Program-made: the position numbers and the translations under genes
The notes under the pieces: generated by a model
What the model was told of the DNA's origin: nothing
What the model saw: the letters and a program-made list of their open reading frames with translations, nothing else
Database searches by the model: none
NCBI GenBank assembly: GCA_039026395.1
Contig: JBCCMK010000007.1
Location: forward strand, 1,623 to 65,622
From: Pseudomonadota bacterium
GTDB lineage: Bacteria; Pseudomonadota; Alphaproteobacteria; Rhizobiales; JAKSCL01
Length of the DNA stretch: 64,000 bases
Reading direction: 5' to 3'
Part shown: positions 1-8,995 of the stretch, piece by piece
How positions within the stretch are numbered: position 1 is the first letter of the stretch
How the letters are laid out: every line of letters begins with the position of its first letter

Positions 1-404
1 ACGCCGACTGCGGACCGCGAATGCCGGCCATGATCGCCCATCACCGCGACCAGGAGATCGGACGCACCGTTCATCACCTTCGGCTGGTCCCCAAAGTCTG
101 GCGTGCTGTTCACGAAGCCGGTGATTTTCACCACGCGCACATTGCCGAGATGGCCCGCTGCGCGCTGCGCTTGTGCAAGGAGTTGGATCGCGCAAAGTCG
201 CGCAGCGTCCGCGCCCGTTTCGATATCCACGTTTTCGCCGCATCGCCCTGTATACTTTATCGCAGCATCTTCCATGGGAAGCTGGCCGGAAATGTGAATC
301 AGGCCGTTGACCTCGGTGAAAGGCACATAATTCGCCTGGGGCGCCGACGGAACGGGGATCGAAAGCCCCAAATCGGACAAGCGTTTTTCAATTGTGTTCG
401 TCAT
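1..404 (-). CDS. RidA/YjgF family protein (partial; 3' end runs off the window)
   Basis: Manual translation from ATG at 404: MTNTIEKRLSDLGLSIPVPSAPQANYVPF...SGQLP...VVKITGFVNSTPDFGDQPKVMNGASDLLVAVMGDHGRHSRSAVGV. These are typical RidA-subfamily motifs. Absent from the ORF track because there is no stop in the window. Confidence 0.9.
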   Translation of the reverse strand, partial: MTNTIEKRLSDLGLSIPVPSAPQANYVPFTEVNGLIHISGQLPMEDAAIKYTGRCGENVDIETGADAARLCAIQLLAQAQRAAGHLGNVRVVKITGFVNSTPDFGDQPKVMNGASDLLVAVMGDHGRHSRSAVG

Positions 405-465
405 TTGGGCCGCTCATGCTAAAGATTATTGAGGTGTACTTTTGATGTCGCCGGAAAGTGTTTCA

Positions 466-1323
466 ATGGAAAAATTTGCATTCGCCCGAAAAGCCCCATG
501 GTTTCTCGCCGCTGCCATGGCAAGCGCGTTTGGGTTTGGTGTTTCGGCAGCCAAAAGCGCGGAACTGCTCCCGCACCGCGCGGTCTATGACATGAAGCTC
601 GCGGAAGTGAGTTCTGGCACGGCAATTGAAAATGCAACGGGACGGTTGGTGTTTGAACTGACCGGATCGGCTTGCGACGGTTTTATCATGAACACCAGGC
701 TGGTGCTCGATACCCGGATCGGCGCAAACAGCACGGTTCTGAACGACTTCCAGTCATCCACTTGGGAAAACGTGGTCGATCAGGAGTTCCGATTCCTGTC
801 CAAGGACTTTGTAAATCGCGAGTTGAACGAGGAAATCGACGGCACAGCAGACCGTTCATCTGGCACGATCTCGGTGTCGCTGACGTCACCAGAAGAGCGG
901 ACGGTCGATGTCGACGGACGCGCGCTTTTTCCGGTTCAGCATATTTTCAAGCTGATTGAAACGGCGAAAAACGGGGATACGATTTTTCAGTCTTATCTCT
1001 ACGACGGCACCGATGGCGGCGACAAAGTCTACAATACGACGGCGATAATCGGCTCCAGGATCGATGATCTGTCGAGCCTTTCTGAGGCCGCTCCAGTGGA
1101 CGCGGAACTCGAAGATGTCCCTGCGTGGCCAATTACCATGAGCTATTTCGATGAAACGAGCGAAGACGCGCTTGCGGGCTTACCGATCTACGAGATTTCG
1201 TTTCGAATTTTCGAAAACGCAATTACCCGTGACCTCATATTGGACTACGGCGAATTTAAGCTCGAAGGCCAGATGACCGACATTGAGATCTACGAGCGCG
1301 CGGACTGCCAACTGGACCAATAA
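466..1323 (+). CDS. eipB: Cell envelope integrity protein EipB (DUF1849)
   Basis: Signal peptide, then HRAVYDMKL...GRLVFELTGSACDGF and a C-terminal Cys. Divergent from RidA, as is usual in Rhizobiales. Start placed at ATG 466. Confidence 0.85.
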   Translation: MEKFAFARKAPWFLAAAMASAFGFGVSAAKSAELLPHRAVYDMKLAEVSSGTAIENATGRLVFELTGSACDGFIMNTRLVLDTRIGANSTVLNDFQSSTWENVVDQEFRFLSKDFVNRELNEEIDGTADRSSGTISVSLTSPEERTVDVDGRALFPVQHIFKLIETAKNGDTIFQSYLYDGTDGGDKVYNTTAIIGSRIDDLSSLSEAAPVDAELEDVPAWPITMSYFDETSEDALAGLPIYEISFRIFENAITRDLILDYGEFKLEGQMTDIEIYERADCQLDQ

Positions 1324-1341
1324 ATGGCGCGCGCCCGTGGT

Positions 1342-2655
1342 TTAATCGTTTTTGCCACGGGCTTTGCGGCGTTCAATCGCTGGAATGCTTCGACCGAGAT
1401 TTATGCTCGCCTTGCCGTACCGATTTCTGATTGCGTCGACGGCGCGTTCCGCACTCGCGCGTCGCCCGGCATTCGTGTCAAAGAGATCGTTCTCCGCGTC
1501 CGGCGCGGCTTCGTCCCACGCGTCCAATTCGCTTAGTCCAACACCGATCAAGCGATAGGACCGGCGGCCCGTTTCTCTCTCGAGTAAGGTTTGCGCTGTT
1601 CGGTAAATCGCATCTGCCATTTGGGTCGGCGCGGAAAGCGTTTGCGAGCGCGTGAGGATCTTGAACCCAGCAGTCTTGAGTTTGAGGTTCACCGTCCGTC
1701 CGACCAGCGACTTGGCTTTCATGCGTGCAGATACGTTTTCCGCCAAATGCCAAAGGTGCGACTCCAGAACCGAAAGCGATGAAATATCACCGTCGAACGT
1801 GGTTTCGTGAGACACGCTTTTGATGTCGCGCTCTGGCTTGACCCGCCGGTGGTCGATCCCCCGCGACAGATAGAAGAGCCGCTCGCCGATCGAACCATAC
1901 CGCTCAAGGAGTGGTTTCAACTCCATCCTTTGCAAATCGGCGATCATTTTTATCCCGTCGCCGTCGAGTTTTTTCTGCAAACCGGCGCCCACGCCCCAAA
2001 TCCTGCTGACGGGCAACGCCGCCAAAACCGTTTCAGTTTCTACGCCCCCGATGACGAAAAAACCCCGCGGTTTGTCTTGATCTGAGGCGAGTTTTGCGAG
2101 GAACTTGTTGTGTGACAGGCCCACTGAAACGGTGATGCCAATATCGTTCTCGATATCTCGGGTGAGGGCGGCAAGGCTTTCAGCCGCGGTTCTGCCGTGA
2201 ATACGGCTCGTGCCAGAAAGATCAAGGAACGCTTCGTCGATGGAGAGTGGCTCGACCAACGGCGTGAGCGCGAGCATCTTTTCGCGAACCTTCCGGCTGA
2301 CATCGACATACTTTGCCATGTCCGGACGGATGACGACGGCATCGGGGCACGCCTTCAGCGCTTTGAACATCGGCATGGCTGACCGCACACCATTGATCCG
2401 CGCGATATAGCAGGCGGTTGAAACCACGCCGCGACGCCCACCACCGATAATGACGGGTCGGTTTTCAAGCTCGGGATTGTCCCGCTTTTCAACTGCGGCA
2501 TAAAACGCGTCGCAATCGATGTGGGCGATCTCGAGATCATCCAACTCGGGATGCGTTAGGATACGACGACGACCGCATGCGCCACACCGGCTTGAACCGG
2601 GTGACGGCCTCGCGCCGCAATCGCGGCAAAGCGGGTTTGTTTTCGTCTCTGTCAC
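1342..2655 (-). CDS. dinB: DNA polymerase IV (Y family) with N-terminal Cys4 zinc ribbon
   Basis: IAHIDCDAFYAAVE, STACYIAR and LSIDEAFLD motifs. Likely GTG start at 2655 (VTETKTNPLCRDC). Confidence 0.95.
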   Translation of the reverse strand: MTETKTNPLCRDCGARPSPGSSRCGACGRRRILTHPELDDLEIAHIDCDAFYAAVEKRDNPELENRPVIIGGGRRGVVSTACYIARINGVRSAMPMFKALKACPDAVVIRPDMAKYVDVSRKVREKMLALTPLVEPLSIDEAFLDLSGTSRIHGRTAAESLAALTRDIENDIGITVSVGLSHNKFLAKLASDQDKPRGFFVIGGVETETVLAALPVSRIWGVGAGLQKKLDGDGIKMIADLQRMELKPLLERYGSIGERLFYLSRGIDHRRVKPERDIKSVSHETTFDGDISSLSVLESHLWHLAENVSARMKAKSLVGRTVNLKLKTAGFKILTRSQTLSAPTQMADAIYRTAQTLLERETGRRSYRLIGVGLSELDAWDEAAPDAENDLFDTNAGRRASAERAVDAIRNRYGKASINLGRSIPAIERRKARGKND

Positions 2656-2683
2656 AGCATCCTCTGGGGATTGGCTGCGGAGA

Positions 2684-3613
2684 TTATAACACGGTGTTCT
2701 CCCGCTCCCAAAGCCACGCGGCGCCACGGACGCCACTGGCATCGCCGAACTTTGGCGGTCGGATATCGACGTTCGGATCGCTGGTGAAGAGATGCGGTTT
2801 AATGAGCGGCGGTAAAGCGTCGTAGAGGTACGACATGTTCGACAGACCACCGCCTAAGACGACCACATCTGGATCAAACAGCGTCACGATCATGGAAAGA
2901 CCGCGCGCAAGCCTGGAGGCATATGCTGTCAGGACATCCTCTGCGATTGGGTCTGTCGCGCGGTTGGTGATAATCTCGCGCGCGCTGAGTTTCGATCCGG
3001 AGCGCTGCGCATAGTCCTTTTCAAGCGCCGGACCTGAAACCCATTGTTCCATGCAGCTTCGGCGTCCACACCAGCATAAGGGGCCCGGAAATTCATCAGC
3101 CGTTGGCCAGGGTAGGGGAAGATGACCCCACTCACCGCCGGTGCTCATGGGGCCGTTGACAATACGACCGTGGTGCACAAGCCCGCCGCCGACCCCGGTC
3201 CCTATGATCACGCCGAAAACCGTATCTGCACCCGCCGCTGCACCGTCGACCCACTCTGAAAGCGCAAAACAATTCGCGTCATTTGCGACCCTCACTGGCC
3301 GATTGACCGCGATTTCTAGATCACGTCCAAGTGGTCGACCATTAATCCAGGTGGCGTTAGCGTTCTGGACGCATCCCGTTGACGGCGCGAGCGAACCGGG
3401 AATGCAAACGCCGACTTTTGGAGGTGTTGGCGAATGTTCTGTCGCTTCACGCACGAGACCAGCAATAGCCTGGATCGTTGCGTCGTAGTCATTTTTAGGC
3501 GTGTGCGTGCGGCCAGACCAAACGGACGCCCCTTGGGGGTCGAGTAAGATCGCTGCGACCTTCGTCCCACCGAGATCAATACCAATGCGATACGCGGAAA
3601 CAGTCTGATCCAT
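2684..3613 (-). CDS. ROK family sugar kinase (fructokinase-like)
   Basis: GIDLGGTK, NDANCFALSE, GTGVGGG, GEWGH and CWCGRRSCME motifs. Confidence 0.9.
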   Translation of the reverse strand: MDQTVSAYRIGIDLGGTKVAAILLDPQGASVWSGRTHTPKNDYDATIQAIAGLVREATEHSPTPPKVGVCIPGSLAPSTGCVQNANATWINGRPLGRDLEIAVNRPVRVANDANCFALSEWVDGAAAGADTVFGVIIGTGVGGGLVHHGRIVNGPMSTGGEWGHLPLPWPTADEFPGPLCWCGRRSCMEQWVSGPALEKDYAQRSGSKLSAREIITNRATDPIAEDVLTAYASRLARGLSMIVTLFDPDVVVLGGGLSNMSYLYDALPPLIKPHLFTSDPNVDIRPPKFGDASGVRGAAWLWERENTVL

Positions 3614-3686
3614 AAGATGCCGGCGGGGTTTTCATTGGACGCTGAAAAAATGTGTAGTGAAACTCGGCAAGCGCGTCCAGAACCGG

Positions 3687-3983
3687 TCAAACGAAATCTT
3701 GAAGGTCCGAAGACAGGGTGGCGCGTGCGGCAGCCACCGACGCCGGGTCGCATCCTGCATTCGCTGACAGTGTTAAGAGCGCGCTCTCGTCTTGCAGCAC
3801 GTAATCCAGAACGCCGACCAGGAAGTTTGGCTCGGTTGCGGCTTCTCTGATGTCCTGCGATTCGAGGCCGCTTATCGCCATAAACCTCGATAATCGTTCG
3901 GGTTCGTCTGCGATAAATTGGAGGCACGTTATCGCCTATGCCTCGGCTTCGTCTCGGCTCAGTCGATGATTTGATGTCTTCAT
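3687..3983 (-). pseudogene. DUF3572 family gene interrupted by an in-frame TAG (3936-3938)
   Basis: Frame from ATG 3983 reads MKTSNHRLSRDEAEA*AITCLQFIADEPERLSRFMAISGLESQDIREAATEPNFLVGVLDYVLQDE... This DUF3572-like sequence is divergent from divK. The ORF track captures only the downstream 64 aa. Confidence 0.75.
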
Positions 3984-4097
3984 TGCGGAACAGATGTTTG
4001 CGAATCCGTAACGAAATCAGCCTAAAAAATATATGAAGCGTGCACCAGGTGGGTGACGCAATGCTGCCCGAAGTTGGGCTGGCATGGTGGTGTTTAG

Positions 4098-4463
4098 ATG
4101 TCCAAATGCGTTCTCATCGTGGAAGACAACGAGCTGAATATGAAGCTCTTTCACGATCTGTTGGAAGCGAATGGCTATTCGACAGTCAGAACGCGTGACG
4201 GTCTCAAAGCGCTCGATTTAGCGCGCGAGCACAAACCTGACCTCATCTTGATGGACATCCAACTTCCTGAAGTCTCCGGCCTCGAGGTCACGAAGTGGCT
4301 AAAGGAAGACGATGAACTGAAGCAGATTCCGGTGATCGCGGTGACCGCGTTCGCCATGAAGGGTGACGAGGAGCGTATTCGGCAGGGTGGCTGCGAAGCG
4401 TATCTTTCAAAGCCCATCTCGATTTCGAAGTTCCTGGAGACGGTAAAATCGTTTCTCGAATGA
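4098..4463 (+). CDS. divK: Single-domain response regulator DivK
   Basis: [17 protein letters not shown]...[25 protein letters not shown]...[20 protein letters not shown]; lies upstream of pleD. Confidence 0.97.
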   Translation: MSKCVLIVEDNELNMKLFHDLLEANGYSTVRTRDGLKALDLAREHKPDLILMDIQLPEVSGLEVTKWLKEDDELKQIPVIAVTAFAMKGDEERIRQGGCEAYLSKPISISKFLETVKSFLE

Positions 4464-4515
4464 GGATTGCAGCGTGCAACGCCTCAGCTTGTGACATGTA
4501 CGGAGTGCGCAACCC

Positions 4516-5889
4516 ATGACTGCCCGGGTTTTGGTCGTCGATGACATTCTCGCCAATGTGAAATTGCTGGAAGCCAGGCTTTCGGCGGAATATTTCGACG
4601 TGGTGACCGCCATGAGCGGACCGGAGGCTCTTGAGATCTGCGAGCGCGGGCGATGCGATCTTGTCCTGCTCGATATCATGATGCCAGGCATGGATGGGTT
4701 TGAAGTCTGCGAGCGGTTGAAGAAAAACCCGGTTACGCAGCATCTCCCCGTCATCATGATTACGGCGCTCGATCAGCCGTCGGATAAGGTGAGGGGGCTG
4801 GAAGCGGGTGCTGACGATTTCCTCACCAAGCCGGTTAGCGACGTCGCTCTGATCACGCGGGTCAAGTCTCTCGCGCGCCTGAAGACGCTCACGGATGAGT
4901 TACGGATGCGGGCTGAGACGTCCCACGGGATGGGTTTGACGGACGTGAAGTCGGCAGAACTCGTGAAGAAACCAACGCAAGGCAAAATTCTAATCATCGA
5001 CGATCGAACTCGGTCTCACGAACGCATTCGTCGTGCCCTTTCGAAAAACCACATGATCGATATCGAAACCAACCCGAACGAGGGCGTGTTTCGGGCGGCT
5101 GAACAAGCCTACGATCTCTTTGTGGTGAGCCTCAATTTCGAGGATTATGACGGCCTTAGGCTGTGCTCACAGCTTCGGTCACTCGAGCGGATCAGGCATA
5201 TTCCAATCCTCATTGTCGCGGAACCCGAAGATAATGCGCGTGTGCTACGCGGTCTCGATATCGGCGTGAACGATTACATCGTCCGGCCAATCGATCCGAA
5301 CGAACTGAATGCACGCGTCGACACGCAGATTCGTCGGAAGCGGTATGCCCAGCATCTCCGCGAGAATGTGCAGCAAAGCCTGGAAATGGCCGTGATTGAC
5401 GGCCTGACAGGCCTGCACAACCGCCGCTACATGGAAAACCATCTCTCCAATGCGGTAGATGAGACCTTGGCGCGTGGGCACAGTCTTGCACTCATGCTCG
5501 TCGATATTGATCACTTTAAATCGGTCAACGATACATACGGTCATGATGCAGGGGATGAAGTGCTGCGGGAGTTCGCAGCGCGCATTCGAAAGAACGTGCG
5601 AGGTGCAGACCTTGCTTGCCGCTTTGGCGGCGAAGAGTTTGTTGTCGTCATGCCGGAAACCGACCTTTACGTCGCGACCCAAGTGGCGGAACGCTTGAGG
5701 GAACGCGTAGCGGAACGTCCCTTCGGGATCGAAGATGGGGCGCGCCACATCGACGTCACCATAAGCATCGGCATCTCCATCTTGGCGGGCCCAGAGGAAA
5801 ATGGTGATGTTCTGCTCAAAAAGGCTGACCTCGCGCTTTATCGCGCCAAGCGGACAGGACGTAACCGGGTTGTATCAGACGCTGCGTAA
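4516..5889 (+). CDS. pleD: Diguanylate cyclase response regulator PleD
   Basis: REC-REC-GGDEF architecture; MTARVLVVDDILANVKLLEARL, I-site RGAD, active site GGEEF. Confidence 0.97.
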   Translation: MTARVLVVDDILANVKLLEARLSAEYFDVVTAMSGPEALEICERGRCDLVLLDIMMPGMDGFEVCERLKKNPVTQHLPVIMITALDQPSDKVRGLEAGADDFLTKPVSDVALITRVKSLARLKTLTDELRMRAETSHGMGLTDVKSAELVKKPTQGKILIIDDRTRSHERIRRALSKNHMIDIETNPNEGVFRAAEQAYDLFVVSLNFEDYDGLRLCSQLRSLERIRHIPILIVAEPEDNARVLRGLDIGVNDYIVRPIDPNELNARVDTQIRRKRYAQHLRENVQQSLEMAVIDGLTGLHNRRYMENHLSNAVDETLARGHSLALMLVDIDHFKSVNDTYGHDAGDEVLREFAARIRKNVRGADLACRFGGEEFVVVMPETDLYVATQVAERLRERVAERPFGIEDGARHIDVTISIGISILAGPEENGDVLLKKADLALYRAKRTGRNRVVSDAA

Positions 5890-5982
5890 TTCAACGTTGC
5901 GTTGAAGTAATTATAACTCGGGCGAGGAGTTCTGGTTAAGCTTTAACCTTACTGTTTGCGACCTTAACCAGTCTTCTTTACG

Positions 5983-6177
5983 TTAAGACGCAGTAAACGG
6001 GCGCCTACCACCCGTAATCATTGCATCGGACGTCGCACTCGATATCGTGCTGGCAACACCTGAGGCCAGGGTTGGGCAACGCGTATCTGTTGCCGAGTTG
6101 GTCTCATAGAAACCCCATGGAACGCTCAGGTCCGCCGCATCTCCTGGGTCCGTGGGGTAGGCCGGCCGGCGCGACAT
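5983..6177 (-). CDS. Putative 64-aa small protein of unknown function
   Basis: GAGGAGG Shine-Dalgarno 6 nt upstream of ATG 6177; no recognisable domain. Confidence 0.4.
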   Translation of the reverse strand: MSRRPAYPTDPGDAADLSVPWGFYETNSATDTRCPTLASGVASTISSATSDAMITGGRRPFTAS

Positions 6178-6418
6178 GAGTGGCCTCCTCGTAACGTCTG
6201 CGTCCGGTCGGCCACCCATTCTCTAGCAGCGATGTACACTGCGAATATCAGCTTCCATCGGTCAGTAATACGGTAGTGGACGGTGTTAATATAATATAAC
6301 GCCTAATACTTGTTCGTTTTTTCATCCAGAAAAACATAGTCCGCTCAATGCTGGAAGCCGCTCCAGGATGTCGGAGGGGTTGTGTCGAGGCGAGTGTTCG
6401 CATCTCGCATCGCCAACC

Positions 6419-6446
6419 AAAAAAGGCACCGCGAAAACGGTGCCTT
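6419..6446 (-). terminator. Rho-independent terminator of rpmG
   Basis: Stem AAGGCACCG/CGGTGCCTT (6423-6431/6438-6446) with a T-tract on the minus strand, 25 nt after the rpmG stop. Confidence 0.8.
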
Positions 6447-6471
6447 CAAAAAATCAAAGATGAGCAAAAAA

Positions 6472-6639
6472 CTATTTGATTTTGCCCTCTTTGAATTCCA
6501 CGTGCTTGCGCGCGACGGGATCGTATTTCCTAACGGTCATTTTCTCCGTCATGGTACGGGAGTTCTTCTTCGCTACGTAAAAATAACCCGTTCCCGCCGT
6601 GGAATTGAGCCGGATCTTTACGGTCGTTGGCTTAGCCAT
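6472..6639 (-). CDS. rpmG: 50S ribosomal protein L33 (Zn-free type)
   Basis: [55 protein letters not shown]. Confidence 0.98.
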   Translation of the reverse strand: MAKPTTVKIRLNSTAGTGYFYVAKKNSRTMTEKMTVRKYDPVARKHVEFKEGKIK

Positions 6640-6706
6640 CGTAAAACCTCGTGTCGCTAACGCGTCGAACTGCGAGCGCGTCGTATGACCGACCATCCCT
6701 TGTGTG

Positions 6707-7849
6707 TCAAGGATTTGCGGTCTCTTCGCGAATTCTTCTCCATGTCATGAGCGCATAACCAAGAAAGAGCACGCTGACGACAGCGAGATAACCATTCCCA
6801 CCGGCGACGTCTTTGGCGATGCCGCTCGCCATTGGCCCCAATAGCATTCCGGTCGCATACATAAAAATGAACGCGGCATTGGCGGATGCGAGCGCGTTAC
6901 CTGTGAAGCGACTCCCGAGATGGGTAAGACCGACCGTGTAGAGCCCTGACGTTGTGCCGCCCCAGAAGATGAGGATCGCGACGATCAGCCAGTAGGCGTT
7001 TCCAGCTAGCATGAGGCCTAGTCCACCCGCAGTGCCACAGAGCGCAAGAAGGAGAAGGAGGATCCTGCGAGGCATGCGATCTGCGAGAAGGCCGATCGGA
7101 ATTTGAAGGACGAAGCCGCCAAGGGCGAGGGCAGTCACGAGGTTAATTGACTGCGCTTCAGAAAAGCCAAGTCCGATCCCAAAGAGCGAAAGGAAAGTAT
7201 AGCCCGACGATTCTGCTGCGCCGAAAACGAAGGCCGCTAGGATCGCGACCGGTGCTAAGCGAAACATCGGCCAAATCGAAAGATCGGTTTCCGCGTCGTC
7301 CATCTTCGGAGCATCGCGCCTTGCGTACAGCACAGGCAAAACTGCGACCGCAGTCAGGAGCGAGCCCAGGATAAACGGCGTTGCATCCGCGCTCCCGGCC
7401 ACTGACAGGATCAGCGGTCCAAGGGCAAATCCGGCAGAAAGGACAGTCGCATAAAGCCCAAGCGTTAGCCCGCGTTTTTCGGGCGGAGCGAGCGCGTTGA
7501 TCCAAAACTCCGACAACACGAAAAGCGCCGTGATCGCGCCGTGGAATGCAATCCTGAGAGGGAACCAGTAGGCGACGTTCTCCACGAAGAAAAAGGCGTA
7601 AAACGACACCGCCATCAGGATGATCATGGCAATGATGAATGGAACGAAGCCGACAATGCGGGCCACGCGTGGCGTCAGCGTTGTAACGGCCATCGCCGCA
7701 ATTCCGGCCATCATTGTGTTGATGCCGATATAGGTATCGGAAGCCCCACGCGCCTCCAGAATGAGCGCGAGAAGCGGTAATGAGAGGCTGGTTGTCAGGC
7801 CGACGACACTGATCGTGGCGATCGCGGCAACAATGCCACGCAATTGCAT
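6707..7849 (-). CDS. MFS transporter (YcaD-like)
   Basis: About 12 hydrophobic segments; SEFWIN and [14 protein letters not shown] motifs. Confidence 0.85.
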   Translation of the reverse strand: MQLRGIVAAIATISVVGLTTSLSLPLLALILEARGASDTYIGINTMMAGIAAMAVTTLTPRVARIVGFVPFIIAMIILMAVSFYAFFFVENVAYWFPLRIAFHGAITALFVLSEFWINALAPPEKRGLTLGLYATVLSAGFALGPLILSVAGSADATPFILGSLLTAVAVLPVLYARRDAPKMDDAETDLSIWPMFRLAPVAILAAFVFGAAESSGYTFLSLFGIGLGFSEAQSINLVTALALGGFVLQIPIGLLADRMPRRILLLLLALCGTAGGLGLMLAGNAYWLIVAILIFWGGTTSGLYTVGLTHLGSRFTGNALASANAAFIFMYATGMLLGPMASGIAKDVAGGNGYLAVVSVLFLGYALMTWRRIREETANP

Positions 7850-7868
7850 CGTTAAGTCTCCGCCAGCC

Positions 7869-8549
7869 TCAAATCATCTCGCGAAAGAACGCGCCATGAC
7901 GATAGAAGTAAAGCGGAATTGGTCTTAAATGATCAAACGGGTCGCCGGTTGAGAACCGTTCTGCGGTATCGTGAACGATCTGCCGCGTGATCTCCGCCGT
8001 GTTGATCGCCATGACACTGTCATGATCATGCCAGGAGAGGTCCTCTAACTCGCCATCGCCCGCATTGGCGAGGTCGTCCGGTAGTTCTGCGGTCGCCGCA
8101 TCGGCGATGAAAAATCGCGTGTCGTAGCGGCGGGGCGGTCCAGGCGGCGTTATCGCGCGCGCTGCAAGGACAAGACCGGTTGGGTCTGTGATCGTTATCC
8201 CTGCTTCTTCTTTCGTTTCCCGAATTGCCGTGATCGGGAGAGCCCGCGCCCGTGCCTCCGAAGTGTGCCCCGTCATGCGGGTGAGGACGCGTTCAACCAG
8301 CGGTTTTGGGAGGGATTTGCAGGCAGGATGGAGTTTGTCTTCCGGGTCCGAGCGCCCTCCCGGGAAGACGTATCGCCCAGGCATGAAAACAAGGTCGGAG
8401 CGTCGGCGCCCGAGAAGAAACCGCGGCGAGCGTCCGGTCAAATCCACCAAGATGAGCGTCGCGGCATCGCGCGGCCGAATACCAGTGTTACCCATGCCGC
8501 CGGACGGTTTGCGCCGCGAAATGAGTTCCGCTTTGTCAGAAGCCGCCAT
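7869..8549 (-). CDS. NUDIX hydrolase
   Basis: RPRDAATLIL, YVFPGG, Nudix box AIRETKEEAG, ITPPGPPRRYDTRFF. Confidence 0.9.
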   Translation of the reverse strand: MAASDKAELISRRKPSGGMGNTGIRPRDAATLILVDLTGRSPRFLLGRRRSDLVFMPGRYVFPGGRSDPEDKLHPACKSLPKPLVERVLTRMTGHTSEARARALPITAIRETKEEAGITITDPTGLVLAARAITPPGPPRRYDTRFFIADAATAELPDDLANAGDGELEDLSWHDHDSVMAINTAEITRQIVHDTAERFSTGDPFDHLRPIPLYFYRHGAFFREMI

Positions 8550-8561
8550 CTTCAAAATGCA

Positions 8562-8993
8562 TCACGGTGAAGTGGGCTGATCTGCATCGTCTGGATCACT
8601 GAAGCCGTGCATGCGCAGCGCCCATTGCAGGCCGATGAGCGCGCCCTTCACACGCGGCAGCAGGACGAGCGTGAGGAGCAGAGTGATCGGGATCCATATC
8701 GCGAACTGGACCCACATTGGCGGGAGCCAAACTTGCTCGACGACCAAGAGCCCTGGAACGACGATATGTCCGACAATCGTTATCGTGAAGTAAGGCGGCG
8801 CGTCATCGGCGCGATGATGATGCAGCTCCTCGCCACAGTGCGGGCACTCGTCATTCACCTTCAAATAGCCCTTGAATAAACGACCGACGCCGCATTGCGG
8901 GCACCGCCCAGCAAAGCCACGCTTTACCGAAAGCCACTTACTCCGCTTGTCCTCTGTCGGCTCTATCGGCGTGCCGTGTTGAATGACCGTCAT
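8562..8993 (-). CDS. DUF983 family zinc-ribbon membrane protein
   Basis: GRCPQCGVGRLF...CPHCGEEL..ADDAPPY followed by two TM helices. Confidence 0.9.
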   Translation of the reverse strand: MTVIQHGTPIEPTEDKRSKWLSVKRGFAGRCPQCGVGRLFKGYLKVNDECPHCGEELHHHRADDAPPYFTITIVGHIVVPGLLVVEQVWLPPMWVQFAIWIPITLLLTLVLLPRVKGALIGLQWALRMHGFSDPDDADQPTSP

Positions 8994-8995
8994 AT

